Source: Candidatus Altiarchaeota archaeon
GTDB lineage: Archaea > SpSt-1190
Reading direction: 5' to 3'
Length of the DNA: 34,070 nucleotides
NCBI GenBank assembly: GCA_030590165.1
Contig: JAUUZA010000003.1
Span: 1 to 34,070 of the forward strand
A program made the position numbers and the translations under genes. Below are positions 1-10,145 of the stretch, one piece after another; positions within the stretch are counted from its first letter, which is position 1; the number at the start of each line of letters is the position of its first letter. The notes below the pieces were generated by a model. That model was not told where the DNA came from and ran no database searches. It worked only from the letters and a program-made list of their open reading frames with translations.

Positions 1-1
1 A

Positions 2-1855
2 AGAGTCACACAAAAAGTTTGTGAAATTCTGTCGACTGATTATGATTGTTTTGTAAATGTAGTATATGCAAGACAAAATGAAATTGATAATTTTTTGAGA
101 TATGGAAAAAATGAAAGAGTAAAATTGATTGATGGTTTATTAAGAATTGATAGACTTGAAGATGCGAGAAAAAAACTTCGAAGTTTTTCAACTGGAGTTA
201 AGAGCAGATTGACTGATTTGTTAAATCTTGCTAATAGAGACATGTCTGAACATAAGGAAATGTGTGAAGACGCTAAAATTGAAATTGATAAATTGAAGGG
301 AGAATTATCTGACCTTCAAGCAATTATTAGTTCATCAAAAGATAATTTAAATTTGGAAAGATTGAAGTTTGAACGACTTGATGAATTAAGAAAGGAAAGA
401 GATGAATTAGTTTCAAAAGTTAGTAAATTAGAAGGAGAGGAAGATGCCCTATCTGAAAGACTTTCAAAACTTCCAAATATTCCAAGAGCAGTAGAAAAAT
501 TCTCAGGAGAATCAGAAAGATTCATAAGACTAAAAACTAAAGAAAGAGAATTAACCCTAAATATTGCGGCTCAAAGTGGAAAACGCCAACAATTAGAAAA
601 ACGAATAGGCGAATTAGAAAATTATACAAAAAAAGCGAAGGAAACAGTTAAAGACCTGCGTCCAGACTTAGACAAATTTATGAAGAATTTATTAAAACTT
701 AAGGCAGATTATGATTCCCACTCCAAGGCAATTGAACAATTGAATTTGGCTGATGCGAAATGTCCAACCTGTGATACTATTCTTCTGAATCCAAAAGAAC
801 ACATTTTGCGTCATACTTCCAAGCTTAAGGAATTAAAAATTGAAATTGAAAATATTGAAACAAAATTTAATATTTTAAAAACGAAGTCAAAACAAAATGA
901 AAAATTACGACAGGAAATTGAGTACGCAAAATCCTTGATTAAGGATTTACCTAATTTGAAAACTCAATTTAATTTAATTAATATTCAATTAAAGAATATT
1001 GAATTAGAAAAAATTAAAAAAGAAAGAGAGAAACAAGAAAAATTAATTAATGAATTGACAATGGCAGTTGAACGTCAAAAATCAGAAGTAAGATTGAAAC
1101 AAATTTTATCCCTAAAAGAAAGTTCAAAGATTAAGATGAGTAATATTGGATTTAATGAAAAAAAGTATGCAGACCTTCGTAAGAAAATAGAAAGATTGAG
1201 TGGGGAATATAGTAATAATATGGCAAGAATGAAGGTAATTCCAAATTTAATTGGTTCAAAGCAAGTAGAAATTATGTCCTTACAAAAGAATATTGTAGAA
1301 GTTGAAAAAGCTCAGAAGGAAAAAGAAAAAACAGAGAAAGGACTCGACAACTTATCCTTATTAATTAATTCAATTTCAGACATTCAAATTATTGTCCGCC
1401 AACAATTTATTGAAATAGTGAATGAATTATTGAGTGAGATTTGGTCTCAGCTTTATCCATATGGAGATTATGCCTCACTTAGAATTTTTGTTGAAAGTGA
1501 TGGCCGTCGAGCAGGGGATTATGTCTTACAATTAAGAGAGAGTAAGGATTGGGTAAATGTTGAAGGAGTCGCCAGTGGTGGTGAAAAAAGTATTGCTTCT
1601 CTCGCCCTTAGAGTTGCGTTTTCACGGGCTCTTAGTAAATTGGGTCTTTTACTTCTTGATGAACCTACTCATAATTTAGATGAAAATGGAATTGATAACT
1701 TGACTGAAGTTTTGCGAGAAGGAATGCCGAGTGTCTTAGACCAAGTTGTAGTCATAACACATGAAGAAAGAATGGAAAAATCGGCAACTGGATTTGCGTA
1801 TAAATTAACTCGAGATAAAGTGAAGGAAGACGCAACTAAGGTTGAAAGACTTTAA
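2..1855 (+). CDS. rad50: Rad50/SbcC DNA double-strand break repair ATPase, 5'-truncated by the window edge
   Basis: Frame is open from position 2 (…VYARQNEID, Q-loop-like). Long coiled coil with central zinc hook CPTC, signature SGGEK, Walker B LLLLDEPT and H-loop VITH. Confidence 0.93.
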   Translation, partial: RVTQKVCEILSTDYDCFVNVVYARQNEIDNFLRYGKNERVKLIDGLLRIDRLEDARKKLRSFSTGVKSRLTDLLNLANRDMSEHKEMCEDAKIEIDKLKGELSDLQAIISSSKDNLNLERLKFERLDELRKERDELVSKVSKLEGEEDALSERLSKLPNIPRAVEKFSGESERFIRLKTKERELTLNIAAQSGKRQQLEKRIGELENYTKKAKETVKDLRPDLDKFMKNLLKLKADYDSHSKAIEQLNLADAKCPTCDTILLNPKEHILRHTSKLKELKIEIENIETKFNILKTKSKQNEKLRQEIEYAKSLIKDLPNLKTQFNLINIQLKNIELEKIKKEREKQEKLINELTMAVERQKSEVRLKQILSLKESSKIKMSNIGFNEKKYADLRKKIERLSGEYSNNMARMKVIPNLIGSKQVEIMSLQKNIVEVEKAQKEKEKTEKGLDNLSLLINSISDIQIIVRQQFIEIVNELLSEIWSQLYPYGDYASLRIFVESDGRRAGDYVLQLRESKDWVNVEGVASGGEKSIASLALRVAFSRALSKLGLLLLDEPTHNLDENGIDNLTEVLREGMPSVLDQVVVITHEERMEKSATGFAYKLTRDKVKEDATKVERL

Positions 1856-2502
1856 GCTCTTATTGGTGCTGTTGCATTTCTTATTGGTAAAGAATATTGA
1901 CTGGTTTCATTGTATAATGCATCATAGAAAAAATTAGCAGTGTTACGATGCTTTTCTAATTTTGGATAATTATATTTTTCATTCAGAGTTGAATATGTGT
2001 ATTTTGCACCAAGTCCCATTAATTTTAATAAACCAATTGGAGCAAATATTGGAATGCAACACCAAGCAACGGCTTTCATAATTTTGTTAGATTCATCTGA
2101 ATAAAGATTATAGTCGGGTCTTGTAGCTTTTATGACATCATTATAAATTTGATGGACATTTCTTGAATTGAAATAATTATTATCAATATTAAATTTTCCT
2201 TTTTCCTTATCAAATACTATATAATTTTGGATGATTGTTTTTTTCCCAAATGGTTTATTTGCTTTATCAAGTAGAACATCCAAAATTTGTTCGGCTGAAT
2301 TGTTAATGATTTGAGTGTAAATACGATTGTGTAGTCTGTTTTTTATTTTTGTTGAATCTAATAGTGTTTCATAATCAGGAAAAAGTTCGTTTGTAGTTAA
2401 ATCCATCTTTTTCAAGAAATTGGTTTTTTCTTCTGTATTTTGAAGTGAGTGATAAGTTGAAGGTGTATATTTATTGAAACTCCAACGCTTTTGAGTTGAC
2501 AC
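1852..2502 (-). CDS. hypothetical protein with one hydrophobic segment
   Basis: 216-aa ORF, GTG start, convergent 4-nt overlap with rad50. Hydrophobic stretch AVAWCCIPIFAPIGLLKLMGL; no family recognised. Confidence 0.6.
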   Translation of the reverse strand: MSTQKRWSFNKYTPSTYHSLQNTEEKTNFLKKMDLTTNELFPDYETLLDSTKIKNRLHNRIYTQIINNSAEQILDVLLDKANKPFGKKTIIQNYIVFDKEKGKFNIDNNYFNSRNVHQIYNDVIKATRPDYNLYSDESNKIMKAVAWCCIPIFAPIGLLKLMGLGAKYTYSTLNEKYNYPKLEKHRNTANFFYDALYNETSQYSLPIRNATAPIRA

Positions 2503-2577
2503 CTTCTAATGTGGTTTTTTCACTTTAAATGTTTTTACCACTTCTAAGTGCAGTTTATCTTGTTTTCCTCGGAAACA

Positions 2578-2584
2578 TTTATAA
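2578..2584 (+). promoter_or_regulatory. TATA box, probable leaderless promoter
   Basis: TTTATAA preceded by GGAAAC (BRE-like), ending 22 nt before the ATG at 2606. Confidence 0.55.
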
Positions 2585-2605
2585 TCGTGGAATGGCAATA
2601 GCTAA

Positions 2606-3829
2606 ATGCGTCTTTTGGGAAAGTTCAATGAGGACATTTCTGTAATTAATGCCTCTGAATTTGGTCAAAGACTTGGTTCTTCAGTTAAAGAGCCTTTTGT
2701 AATTGGACTTGATGCAAGATTTGGTTCGTTACCTATGAAATTAGGTCTCACTTCTGGAATTTTAGCTTCGGGTTGTAATGTTGCAGATTTGGGTTATGTT
2801 CCGGCCCCTGTTATAGCAAGAATTGCTAGGGAAGAAAGAGTTTGGGGCGTTCATGTTTCTGCAGACCCATACCCAGAAAATTATGTTGGATTAAGAATTT
2901 ATGACCCAAGTGGAAAACCTTGGAATGGAAAAATTAAATTATCAAAACAATCACAAACAGTAGGAAGACTGGCAAATATTGATTTAGTCCCAAATTATAT
3001 TGGAGAACTCATCAACAAATTTGATATTGAGCCAATGAAAATTATAATTGATTCTGCTAATGGACCAACTGGTCAGATTGTACCTGCACTCTTACGTTCT
3101 CTCGGGATGGAAGTTATGGAAGTGAATAGTTCGCTTAGTCCTATCCCTGTGAGGGGTTATGAACCCTCGGCTTCAAATTTAAGTGATCTTGATTTTATTG
3201 TCAGAAAAAAAAGAGCAGACTTTGGTGTTGCTTTTGATGGTGCAGGAAATAAGGCCGGATTTATTACTTCAAATGGTTATATTAGCTCAGGACGAGCTAT
3301 GGCGCTCCTAATGAAATTTGATGGGTATGATAGGGCAATTGCTGACTTTGGTGCCACGAGTCTTCTTGATTTAGTTGGAACTATTGAACGCGTACCTGCT
3401 AGTGAAGTTTTTGTGGCAGACAGATTACAGTCAAGAGGATTTGAGATGGGTGGTGGTACCTGTGGAGTTGCTTTTTCAGAATGGAGTTATGCTCCAGATG
3501 CTCTCTTACTTATGCTTGAAATTATGAATGTGGCGTCACATAAGGGTATGACTGTAAATGAAATGAATTCTCACTTACCTAAAAATTTTGAAGATGCCGA
3601 ATTAATTAAGGTTAAAGATGTCAATGCAGCAATGAAACAAGCGAAGAAAGTATTTTGTGATAACGAAGTTGATGTGCGAGATGGAGCTAAAGTAATTTTT
3701 GATGACGGTTGGATGTGGTTCCAAGATTTAAAGGGACATATCCGAATTTCAGTTGAAGCAGATTCCAAGAGAAGGGCCGTTAAACTCATGGAAAGTGCAA
3801 AAAGTTCTATTAAGCACTTTATGAAATAG
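2606..3829 (+). CDS. phosphomannomutase/phosphoglucosamine mutase (alpha-D-phosphohexomutase) homolog with degenerate catalytic loops
   Basis: Family scaffold motifs VIGLDAR, DLGYVPAP, IIIDSANG, ADFGVAFDG and RDGAKVIFDDGW are present. TASHNP reads SADPYP and DxDxDR reads DGAGNK. Confidence 0.85.
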   Translation: MRLLGKFNEDISVINASEFGQRLGSSVKEPFVIGLDARFGSLPMKLGLTSGILASGCNVADLGYVPAPVIARIAREERVWGVHVSADPYPENYVGLRIYDPSGKPWNGKIKLSKQSQTVGRLANIDLVPNYIGELINKFDIEPMKIIIDSANGPTGQIVPALLRSLGMEVMEVNSSLSPIPVRGYEPSASNLSDLDFIVRKKRADFGVAFDGAGNKAGFITSNGYISSGRAMALLMKFDGYDRAIADFGATSLLDLVGTIERVPASEVFVADRLQSRGFEMGGGTCGVAFSEWSYAPDALLLMLEIMNVASHKGMTVNEMNSHLPKNFEDAELIKVKDVNAAMKQAKKVFCDNEVDVRDGAKVIFDDGWMWFQDLKGHIRISVEADSKRRAVKLMESAKSSIKHFMK

Positions 3830-3833
3830 TTTT

Positions 3834-4217
3834 ATGATTCCAACTTTCCCTATTAGTGTTAAAGCGCTTATTAAAAAGGACAAGAAATTTTTAATGATTA
3901 GAGGAAGAAGGGACGGAAAAATCGAATTTAGTTTTCCTGGTGGTTTAATTGAAAAAAAGGAGTCTGTGAAAGAAGCCCTTATTCGCGAAGTTAAGGAAGA
4001 AATAAATATTTCAATAAATATTGGAAAACTTATTTGTATAAAGAAATATATTCATCCCCTTGGTTCTGAAACTCTTGGAATTTATTTTGAATGTAAATTA
4101 GAGAACGAAAACTTTGTTTTAGGAAGTGAAATAGACAAAAAATTTGAGGCCATAGTATGGGTTTCAAAAGATGAAGCACCTATGTGGGCTAAAGAAATTA
4201 TGGTTCAACTTCCTTAA
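3834..4217 (+). CDS. NUDIX hydrolase
   Basis: Nudix box GGLIEKKESVKEALIREVKEEI. Confidence 0.9.
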   Translation: MIPTFPISVKALIKKDKKFLMIRGRRDGKIEFSFPGGLIEKKESVKEALIREVKEEINISINIGKLICIKKYIHPLGSETLGIYFECKLENENFVLGSEIDKKFEAIVWVSKDEAPMWAKEIMVQLP

Positions 4218-4740
4218 TTTTTGTAGTTATACTCTGAACAAAATTCTTCAAACCTTTTTCAGTTACTGCCAAGTATCCGAATTGTTTTGGTTTGAGTTCA
4301 AAAATTATTTGGTCGAGTTGTTTTGAAGGATGTATTCCATCATTATACCATAACTCACGCGTTTGTAAGATAGGGATACGTACTGATACATCCGCTGAAG
4401 GGAGAGGTAAAGTTCCAAAAACTCCGCTTACTTCCAGTATGCTTTGTGTAAATCCCTCCATAGTATCTCCGGATGGATTGGCGAAAAGAACTTTTCTAAT
4501 TGCTTGAACTATATTTGCACTTAAGGGCCTCAATAAACCTTGTGAGTCATTTTTTATTAGGAAATTTGGTTTCTTGGTTGTTCCATGTTTTATTAAGATT
4601 TTTTGGCAGTTTTGCCTTATTAAAAATTCAATTGTTGTTTTTAGAGGTAGGTTATTGAAATAAAAATTAAAGTCTTTGATGGCGTATAAAATTTCTGGCC
4701 TTTCAGGAAAGGAGTATATATCAAAGCCAGGAATTTCCAT
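4198..4740 (-). CDS. hypothetical protein
   Basis: 180-aa ORF with ATG start, last gene of the minus-strand run; no family recognised. Confidence 0.6.
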   Translation of the reverse strand: MEIPGFDIYSFPERPEILYAIKDFNFYFNNLPLKTTIEFLIRQNCQKILIKHGTTKKPNFLIKNDSQGLLRPLSANIVQAIRKVLFANPSGDTMEGFTQSILEVSGVFGTLPLPSADVSVRIPILQTRELWYNDGIHPSKQLDQIIFELKPKQFGYLAVTEKGLKNFVQSITTKIKEVEP

Positions 4741-4767
4741 TCATCACTAGGTTGTATGGATTTAAGT

Positions 4768-5538
4768 TTATTTTGCTCCTTTTTTTCTTAGTATTATGAA
4801 ATTTTCCCCACTGGGTTCTTCCAGTTTTTTGAGGGCGTCTCTTTCAAAGAAGCCAATAAATTCAAAATGATTTTCAAGCTTAACTAGGGCTTTTAGTTCC
4901 TGTGGGAAAATGTATTTAGTCATTCCACTCATTTTGAACTTCTTTTTTATTCCATTATCATTTACATTCATTTTAATTGTTTCTTCTTGCATTTGTGTTA
5001 TATAATCTTTGAATTTTATACTGTATTTTAACTTTACTTTTATTCCGTCGCGTTTCATAGTCCATTTTTCTGAATCATATTTCTTTGGAAATTCAAGTCG
5101 AAAATTTTCAATTACATAGAGGCCCCCTGATTTTAGTGAGGAGGCAACAGAATTAAGGTGAGATATAAAGTCCTTATTACTTTTGATATAAGAAATTGAA
5201 CCCATCATAATGAATGCAAAATCTACTTTTTTCCTTAGCTTAAAGTTTATCATATCTGCACGGATTGTTTTTATTTTGAGTTTTTCTTTTTTAGCTTTTT
5301 TTTCTAAATAAGTTAACATAGGTTTACTCAAGTCAAGACCGATTGCTTCTTTTCCTTGTTTTGCGAGTTCTAATAATTGAAGACTTGGTCCGCAGGCAAT
5401 ATCAAGAAAAGTTTTATTTCCTGCTCTGCCGTATTTTTTAATCATTTTTTCAAAAAGTTTAATTTGTTTTTTAGCATCAACAAAACTGAAAGCTATATCG
5501 TAATAGAGTGGTTTATTGTAAATGTTCATATTACTCAT
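4768..5538 (-). CDS. class I SAM-dependent methyltransferase
   Basis: Motif I FLDIACGPS, then IGLDLS, IRADM and LKSGGLYVIE. Confidence 0.9.
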   Translation of the reverse strand: MSNMNIYNKPLYYDIAFSFVDAKKQIKLFEKMIKKYGRAGNKTFLDIACGPSLQLLELAKQGKEAIGLDLSKPMLTYLEKKAKKEKLKIKTIRADMINFKLRKKVDFAFIMMGSISYIKSNKDFISHLNSVASSLKSGGLYVIENFRLEFPKKYDSEKWTMKRDGIKVKLKYSIKFKDYITQMQEETIKMNVNDNGIKKKFKMSGMTKYIFPQELKALVKLENHFEFIGFFERDALKKLEEPSGENFIILRKKGAK

Positions 5539-5548
5539 TATGGAAGTG

Positions 5549-7426
5549 CTACTTTAATCTTATGGCATCCATATTATGTGGAATACGTGTAGACATATGG
5601 AGCTGACTTCGAATGGCCGAAGCAAATTCTGAAATTTTTCTTGGGTCTCCATGAACAGGTAAAATTACCCCCGGTCTTGGTTCCATAGTCCTCAAATAAC
5701 TCATTAATTGATTTCGGTCACTGTGAGAAGAAAATCCATTAGCAGTAATTACTTCCATGCGCAAAGGCATTCTTGCTCGATTTACTACAATTTCATGTGG
5801 TTTTCTTTGGACTTGACGTCCCAAAGTTCCTTCACCTTGATAGTTAACGAGTATCATTGCATTCTTTTCGTATGGTGCCAATCTTGAAAGGTAGAATACA
5901 CTTGGCCCACCAGTGAGCATACCAGATGTTGCAATTATAATACAGGATTCATTTTCAGAAACAATTTTTTCTCTTTCTTTTTGACCTGCTACCTTTCTGA
6001 AAATTGGACTGAGAAGGGGATTTTCTTCAGTGCTAAAAACTTGTTTTCTAATTTTTTTGTGTAGATATTCAGGGAAGGTAGTATAAATTGCGGTTGCGTC
6101 CCAAACAATTCCATCAACATAAACAGGAACATCTGGCAATTTTTTAGTTCTAATACAATCTTCAATCATTAGCATAACTTCTTGTGCACGTCCCGTTCCG
6201 AGAGTTGGGATTAAGACTTTTCCACCCTTTGCTAAGTTTGTTTTTATTGCAGTAATTAATTTTTCTTCTGAAACTTCAATGGGTTCTTGAATGTCATTAT
6301 TTCCACCATAGGTACTTTCAATTATGACAGCTTCAACCCTTGGGAATTTATTGTTTGCTGGTTCGTGAAGTCGAGTATGTGCAAACTTGATATCACCAGT
6401 ATAAACGAGGTTGTACAAACCTTCACCTATATGCATATGTAAAACTGAACTTCCTAAGATGTGGCCTGCATTGTACATAGTTAGTCTTACATCAGGCGTT
6501 ATGTTTGATACTTCTTCATATGGAAGCGTGATAGTATGCAAAACCATTTGTTCAATTTCTTTTGAAGAGTAAGGTGCTTTTCCTCCCTCCTTGAATGCTA
6601 TATTCACAAGGTCAAGTTGGAGTAATACGCTTAAAGGTAATGCAGGAGGCGTCATATAGATGGGTCCCTCATATCCATATTTGAATAAGAATGGCAAAAA
6701 TCCAGTGTGGTCGAGATGTGGGTGTGTTAATACTGTAGCGTCAAGTTGATGTATATCAAATTCAGGGGCGTCAAGAAGAGGATAGGCATTTTCAGTGCTT
6801 GCAACATTAACTCCACAGTCCATTAAAACTTTTGATTCATTGGTTTGGAGAAAAATTGCACTTCGTCCGACTTCTCGAGCTGCACCAAGAAAACTTGTTC
6901 TTATCCATTTTGTTGGTTTTCCGTCTTCATAAATTCGCATACCGGTTTTATTCAGAAATGCTGCTCTTGCCTTACTATTCTTACTTATTATTTTTCTAAT
7001 TGTGTTTATGATGTCTGATTTAAGTGGTGGTTCTCTTTGAATAATTGGCGTCCAAGAAATTTTTTTCTTCATTTCAAGAAGTTTTTTTGCACCACCGTTT
7101 AGAAGGTCACTTGGTCTTTTTGCTTCAATTATAACTTTTGAACCAAAGGTATCAAAGAATATGTCAGTGACATCAGCGTTTTTTCCAATTTTTCTGATTA
7201 TAGCTTCAGATTTTTCAATTGGCAGGAGTAAACTTCTATCAGCTCTTGCTTCAACTCTAAGTTTTAGTTCTTTTGCGACATCACGCAAAGTTTCGTGAGC
7301 CTTCATGAGAAAGTCCTGACTCTTTGTAAAGACCACAACACTGGCTCCTTCAAAACGAGTATCGCCAATTCTGGCCTTACTCGGAATAAGAGCTGACACC
7401 TTGTCAAGAATTTCTTGTCCACTCAC
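5549..7426 (-). CDS. fttA: aCPSF1/FttA beta-CASP ribonuclease with N-terminal KH domains (transcription termination factor)
   Basis: LGAAREVGRS, THPHLDH, AGHILGS, YTGD, ESTYGG, SSHSD and VHG motifs; 625 aa; conserved adjacency to proteasome beta. Confidence 0.96.
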   Translation of the reverse strand: MSGQEILDKVSALIPSKARIGDTRFEGASVVVFTKSQDFLMKAHETLRDVAKELKLRVEARADRSLLLPIEKSEAIIRKIGKNADVTDIFFDTFGSKVIIEAKRPSDLLNGGAKKLLEMKKKISWTPIIQREPPLKSDIINTIRKIISKNSKARAAFLNKTGMRIYEDGKPTKWIRTSFLGAAREVGRSAIFLQTNESKVLMDCGVNVASTENAYPLLDAPEFDIHQLDATVLTHPHLDHTGFLPFLFKYGYEGPIYMTPPALPLSVLLQLDLVNIAFKEGGKAPYSSKEIEQMVLHTITLPYEEVSNITPDVRLTMYNAGHILGSSVLHMHIGEGLYNLVYTGDIKFAHTRLHEPANNKFPRVEAVIIESTYGGNNDIQEPIEVSEEKLITAIKTNLAKGGKVLIPTLGTGRAQEVMLMIEDCIRTKKLPDVPVYVDGIVWDATAIYTTFPEYLHKKIRKQVFSTEENPLLSPIFRKVAGQKEREKIVSENESCIIIATSGMLTGGPSVFYLSRLAPYEKNAMILVNYQGEGTLGRQVQRKPHEIVVNRARMPLRMEVITANGFSSHSDRNQLMSYLRTMEPRPGVILPVHGDPRKISEFASAIRSQLHMSTRIPHNMDAIRLK

Positions 7427-7438
7427 TTTAACACCTGA

Positions 7439-8044
7439 TTATACTTCTCTAAAGCCGTTTTTGTCTATGACTGCAAGTTGGAGTACTTTTCCGCCTGTGT
7501 AAATATCTCTTTGAATTGCGGCGTTTAATGCTCTTTTTGCGAGGTCTATAGCCTCAGCTTCAGTCATATCTTTTTTGTATTGGCTTTCAAGAACACCCAC
7601 TGCGAGAGGGGAACCTGAACCAGTTGAGAAATAATCTTCACCAGTTCCTATCCCTCCATATGGGTCCATTGAAAATACTTGAGGTCCTTCTTTATCGTAA
7701 CCTCCAATTACTAATGCAGTAATTAATGGAAAATATCTGTTTGCGTGTAAAACATTGCTCAGCAAGGTAACCATACTTCTTGTTGTCATTGGTCCATTGC
7801 CCATTCCATACAATTTTGCTTCGACTCTCATGAGTCTTACTATGTATTGAAGGTCGGCAACTACTCCTGCTGTTGTAATTGCAATATTATTTGTAAGTTT
7901 ATGGAGTTTCTTTTCATACCTACTTTCAACATACGTTGAAGTACTTTGTGAGTCTGTAGCCAAGATTACTCCGTCTTTGAATTTAAATCCCAAGGTTGTT
8001 GTTCCTTTCTTAATTTTTGCTTCTATATCGATGCTATTATTCAT
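7439..8044 (-). CDS. psmB: proteasome subunit beta
   Basis: Propeptide then KKG/TTT N-terminal nucleophile, TGSGS and RDIYTG. The ATG at 8044 follows an SD-like GGTGA (ORF track starts at 8053). Confidence 0.96.
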   Translation of the reverse strand: MNNSIDIEAKIKKGTTTLGFKFKDGVILATDSQSTSTYVESRYEKKLHKLTNNIAITTAGVVADLQYIVRLMRVEAKLYGMGNGPMTTRSMVTLLSNVLHANRYFPLITALVIGGYDKEGPQVFSMDPYGGIGTGEDYFSTGSGSPLAVGVLESQYKKDMTEAEAIDLAKRALNAAIQRDIYTGGKVLQLAVIDKNGFREV

Positions 8045-8117
8045 TCGTATCACCAGAATTATCAGCTTATTTTGAGAAGTTTAAATATGTTTGTTTTGGT
8101 AAGGTTTTATGTCCAAA

Positions 8118-8540
8118 TCAAGAATGGAGTAGTTTTTCATAAGTTTGAATTCCGTTAAGTGTTAGTTCAAAAGCTTCATGCATTTTTTCCTTTTCTTTAA
8201 AGAGGTAGACGAAAGCAATATGATTTTTTAGGTTTAGTTTTTTGTAAAACTCAAAATTTTTATAATGTGATATAATTCCATAGAGGAAGTAAACTTCTTC
8301 ATTAATTTTTTCATGCAGTGAAACTTCTTTTGAGTTTCCTTCGGCAAGATTTAAAAGGCGTTTAAAAATGAGTCCTGAATAGTTTTTTCCTAAACTCTTG
8401 TCAAAATTTTCAATTATTTCAAAAGCGGCTTCCTGTGCCTTCGTTTTTTTCTTTGGACTGAAGGGGAGGTCGCTACTCCTTAAAACATTAGTGTGGCCTT
8501 TGATTAAGTTAGATTTAATAATTTGGTATGACTTATTCAT
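8118..8540 (-). CDS. hypothetical protein
   Basis: 140-aa ORF with ATG start and an upstream TATA-like sequence; no family recognised. Confidence 0.55.
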   Translation of the reverse strand: MNKSYQIIKSNLIKGHTNVLRSSDLPFSPKKKTKAQEAAFEIIENFDKSLGKNYSGLIFKRLLNLAEGNSKEVSLHEKINEEVYFLYGIISHYKNFEFYKKLNLKNHIAFVYLFKEKEKMHEAFELTLNGIQTYEKLLHS

Positions 8541-8576
8541 AATAAGTAATAGGGCGAAGAACTTAAAAACAAATCT

Positions 8577-9158
8577 TTACTTTTGAGCAACATGTACGGC
8601 TAAACTAATTATTTTTCCTCTAGTTCCTTCTACTATTGCTTCAACTGTTACTGGAATTTCTCTTTTCCAATAATTTGTTAATGGCCAATTTTTTAACACT
8701 ACAGTCCATATGGGGGCTTCATATTTGTCATCATAAATTACAAAGTTCATTGAATAAACTCTGAGGTGTTTGGCTTTGGTAAGTGCTTTCTGGACTCTTC
8801 CATCTTTTTCAATCTTGTTTAAGATTTCTTGGTCTGTCAAGAATTTAACTTGTTTTGCGAATTGTTCTTCATCACTCATGTCGCCCAAATCTTTAGATAG
8901 GTCAATTACAGTTTTTGAAAATTTTTCTTTTTCAAAACTGATATCAATCTGAGTTGGTTTGCCTTCATTAACAAGAAGAAAAGTGAATTCACCCATATCA
9001 ACATTTTCCTTTCGTTTGTCGCCTTCAGCAACACGATGCCAAGAGGCAGATAAACTCATTATAGCTCCCTCCCCCTTTGCAAAATCCAAGGCCTTTTTTG
9101 CCTCAATTATAGTCTTACTTAAAACCCCGTCAAACTTTTCGCTTAACATTTTTTCCAT
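8577..9158 (-). CDS. hypothetical protein, possible C-terminal PepSY-like motif
   Basis: 193 aa. PIWTVVL…EAIVEGTRGKII resembles the PepSY W.V…idA.tGki pattern; overlaps the HIT gene by 29 nt. Confidence 0.65.
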   Translation of the reverse strand: MEKMLSEKFDGVLSKTIIEAKKALDFAKGEGAIMSLSASWHRVAEGDKRKENVDMGEFTFLLVNEGKPTQIDISFEKEKFSKTVIDLSKDLGDMSDEEQFAKQVKFLTDQEILNKIEKDGRVQKALTKAKHLRVYSMNFVIYDDKYEAPIWTVVLKNWPLTNYWKREIPVTVEAIVEGTRGKIISLAVHVAQK

Positions 9159-9552
9159 CCCCCAGTTTCTTTTGTAAAGAGTTCATAATCTCTTTACTCA
9201 TGGACCGTTTATTTTCCATGTCAGGAACTATCCCCATTAAATCGTAATCTGTCCTTGGAATTACATGGACAAATGCGTGGTTAATTACACTTTCAGCAGT
9301 TATAAGATTAACAAAGTGTGAATCAAGTTTTTCTTTCATCTTCTTTGAAATCATACGAGAAATTTTCATCATATGAAGAAAGTCTTCATCGGTTAATTTG
9401 AGAAGATTGTCTATATGTTTATTGAAAGCCACAATAACATGTCCCTCAGTAACTGGATATGCATCCAAAAAGGCGGTTACTTTATTGTCCCTATAAAGAA
9501 TCCAACCTTTTTCTTCTCCCTTGATTATTTTACAGAAGATGCAATTTCTCAT
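9130..9552 (-). CDS. HIT family protein with altered triad (HAFVH)
   Basis: CIFCKII, AFLDAYPVTEGH and HAFVHVIPR. Confidence 0.88.
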   Translation of the reverse strand: MRNCIFCKIIKGEEKGWILYRDNKVTAFLDAYPVTEGHVIVAFNKHIDNLLKLTDEDFLHMMKISRMISKKMKEKLDSHFVNLITAESVINHAFVHVIPRTDYDLMGIVPDMENKRSMSKEIMNSLQKKLGDGKNVKRKV

Positions 9553-9647
9553 AAAATAAAGTGTTTTTATTTATAGTTAAACTTGTCTAAAGGAAAAATT
9601 ATCAAATTTGTCTGAAAGTTTTTTGAAGGCTTGAGTATATATTTAAT

Positions 9648-10145
9648 GTGAAAAAAGGCAGACATTCAAATGTTTATTTCTTTGGAAATTTAGCAATTAA
9701 AATTTTCAAACCTGGATTTGAAAATAATATGGAAAAAGAATATAAAATTTTAAAACGACTAGAGCCACATAAATTTTCACCAAAACCATATTTGAAATTT
9801 GGACGAATAATAATAATGTCAAGGATTAGAGGAATTCCTCTTAAAGACTTTTTACCTGAGGAAGTGAGGCGACTTGCTATTCCTTATTTACGAATAATGT
9901 TTCTTCTTGATTCCCTAGAAATTATGAAGGAAGAAAATCATAGGCCAAATAAACATTTCATTGTGACAAGAAAGGGTCCGAAATTAATTGATTTTGAACG
10001 TTCGCATAAAGGAAGAGGAAATGTGACACAATTTATGGCTTACCTAAATAGGTTCTTTCCCGGCATAATAGAGTTTGGACCCATATATAAAAGAGAAATG
10101 AAATTGAAACCAATTATTGATTTCATTTCTTCCAAGAAACGCTAG
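9648..10145 (+). CDS. small archaeal Ser/Thr protein kinase-like protein (RIO/Bud32-related fold)
   Basis: KKGRHSNVY glycine loop, LAIK, EYKILKRL and LIDFERS. Confidence 0.75.
   Translation: MKKGRHSNVYFFGNLAIKIFKPGFENNMEKEYKILKRLEPHKFSPKPYLKFGRIIIMSRIRGIPLKDFLPEEVRRLAIPYLRIMFLLDSLEIMKEENHRPNKHFIVTRKGPKLIDFERSHKGRGNVTQFMAYLNRFFPGIIEFGPIYKREMKLKPIIDFISSKKR

Noticed and set aside
2-1855. SMC or a defence-system ATPase
   Set aside because: A CPTC zinc hook with no hinge domain indicates Rad50.
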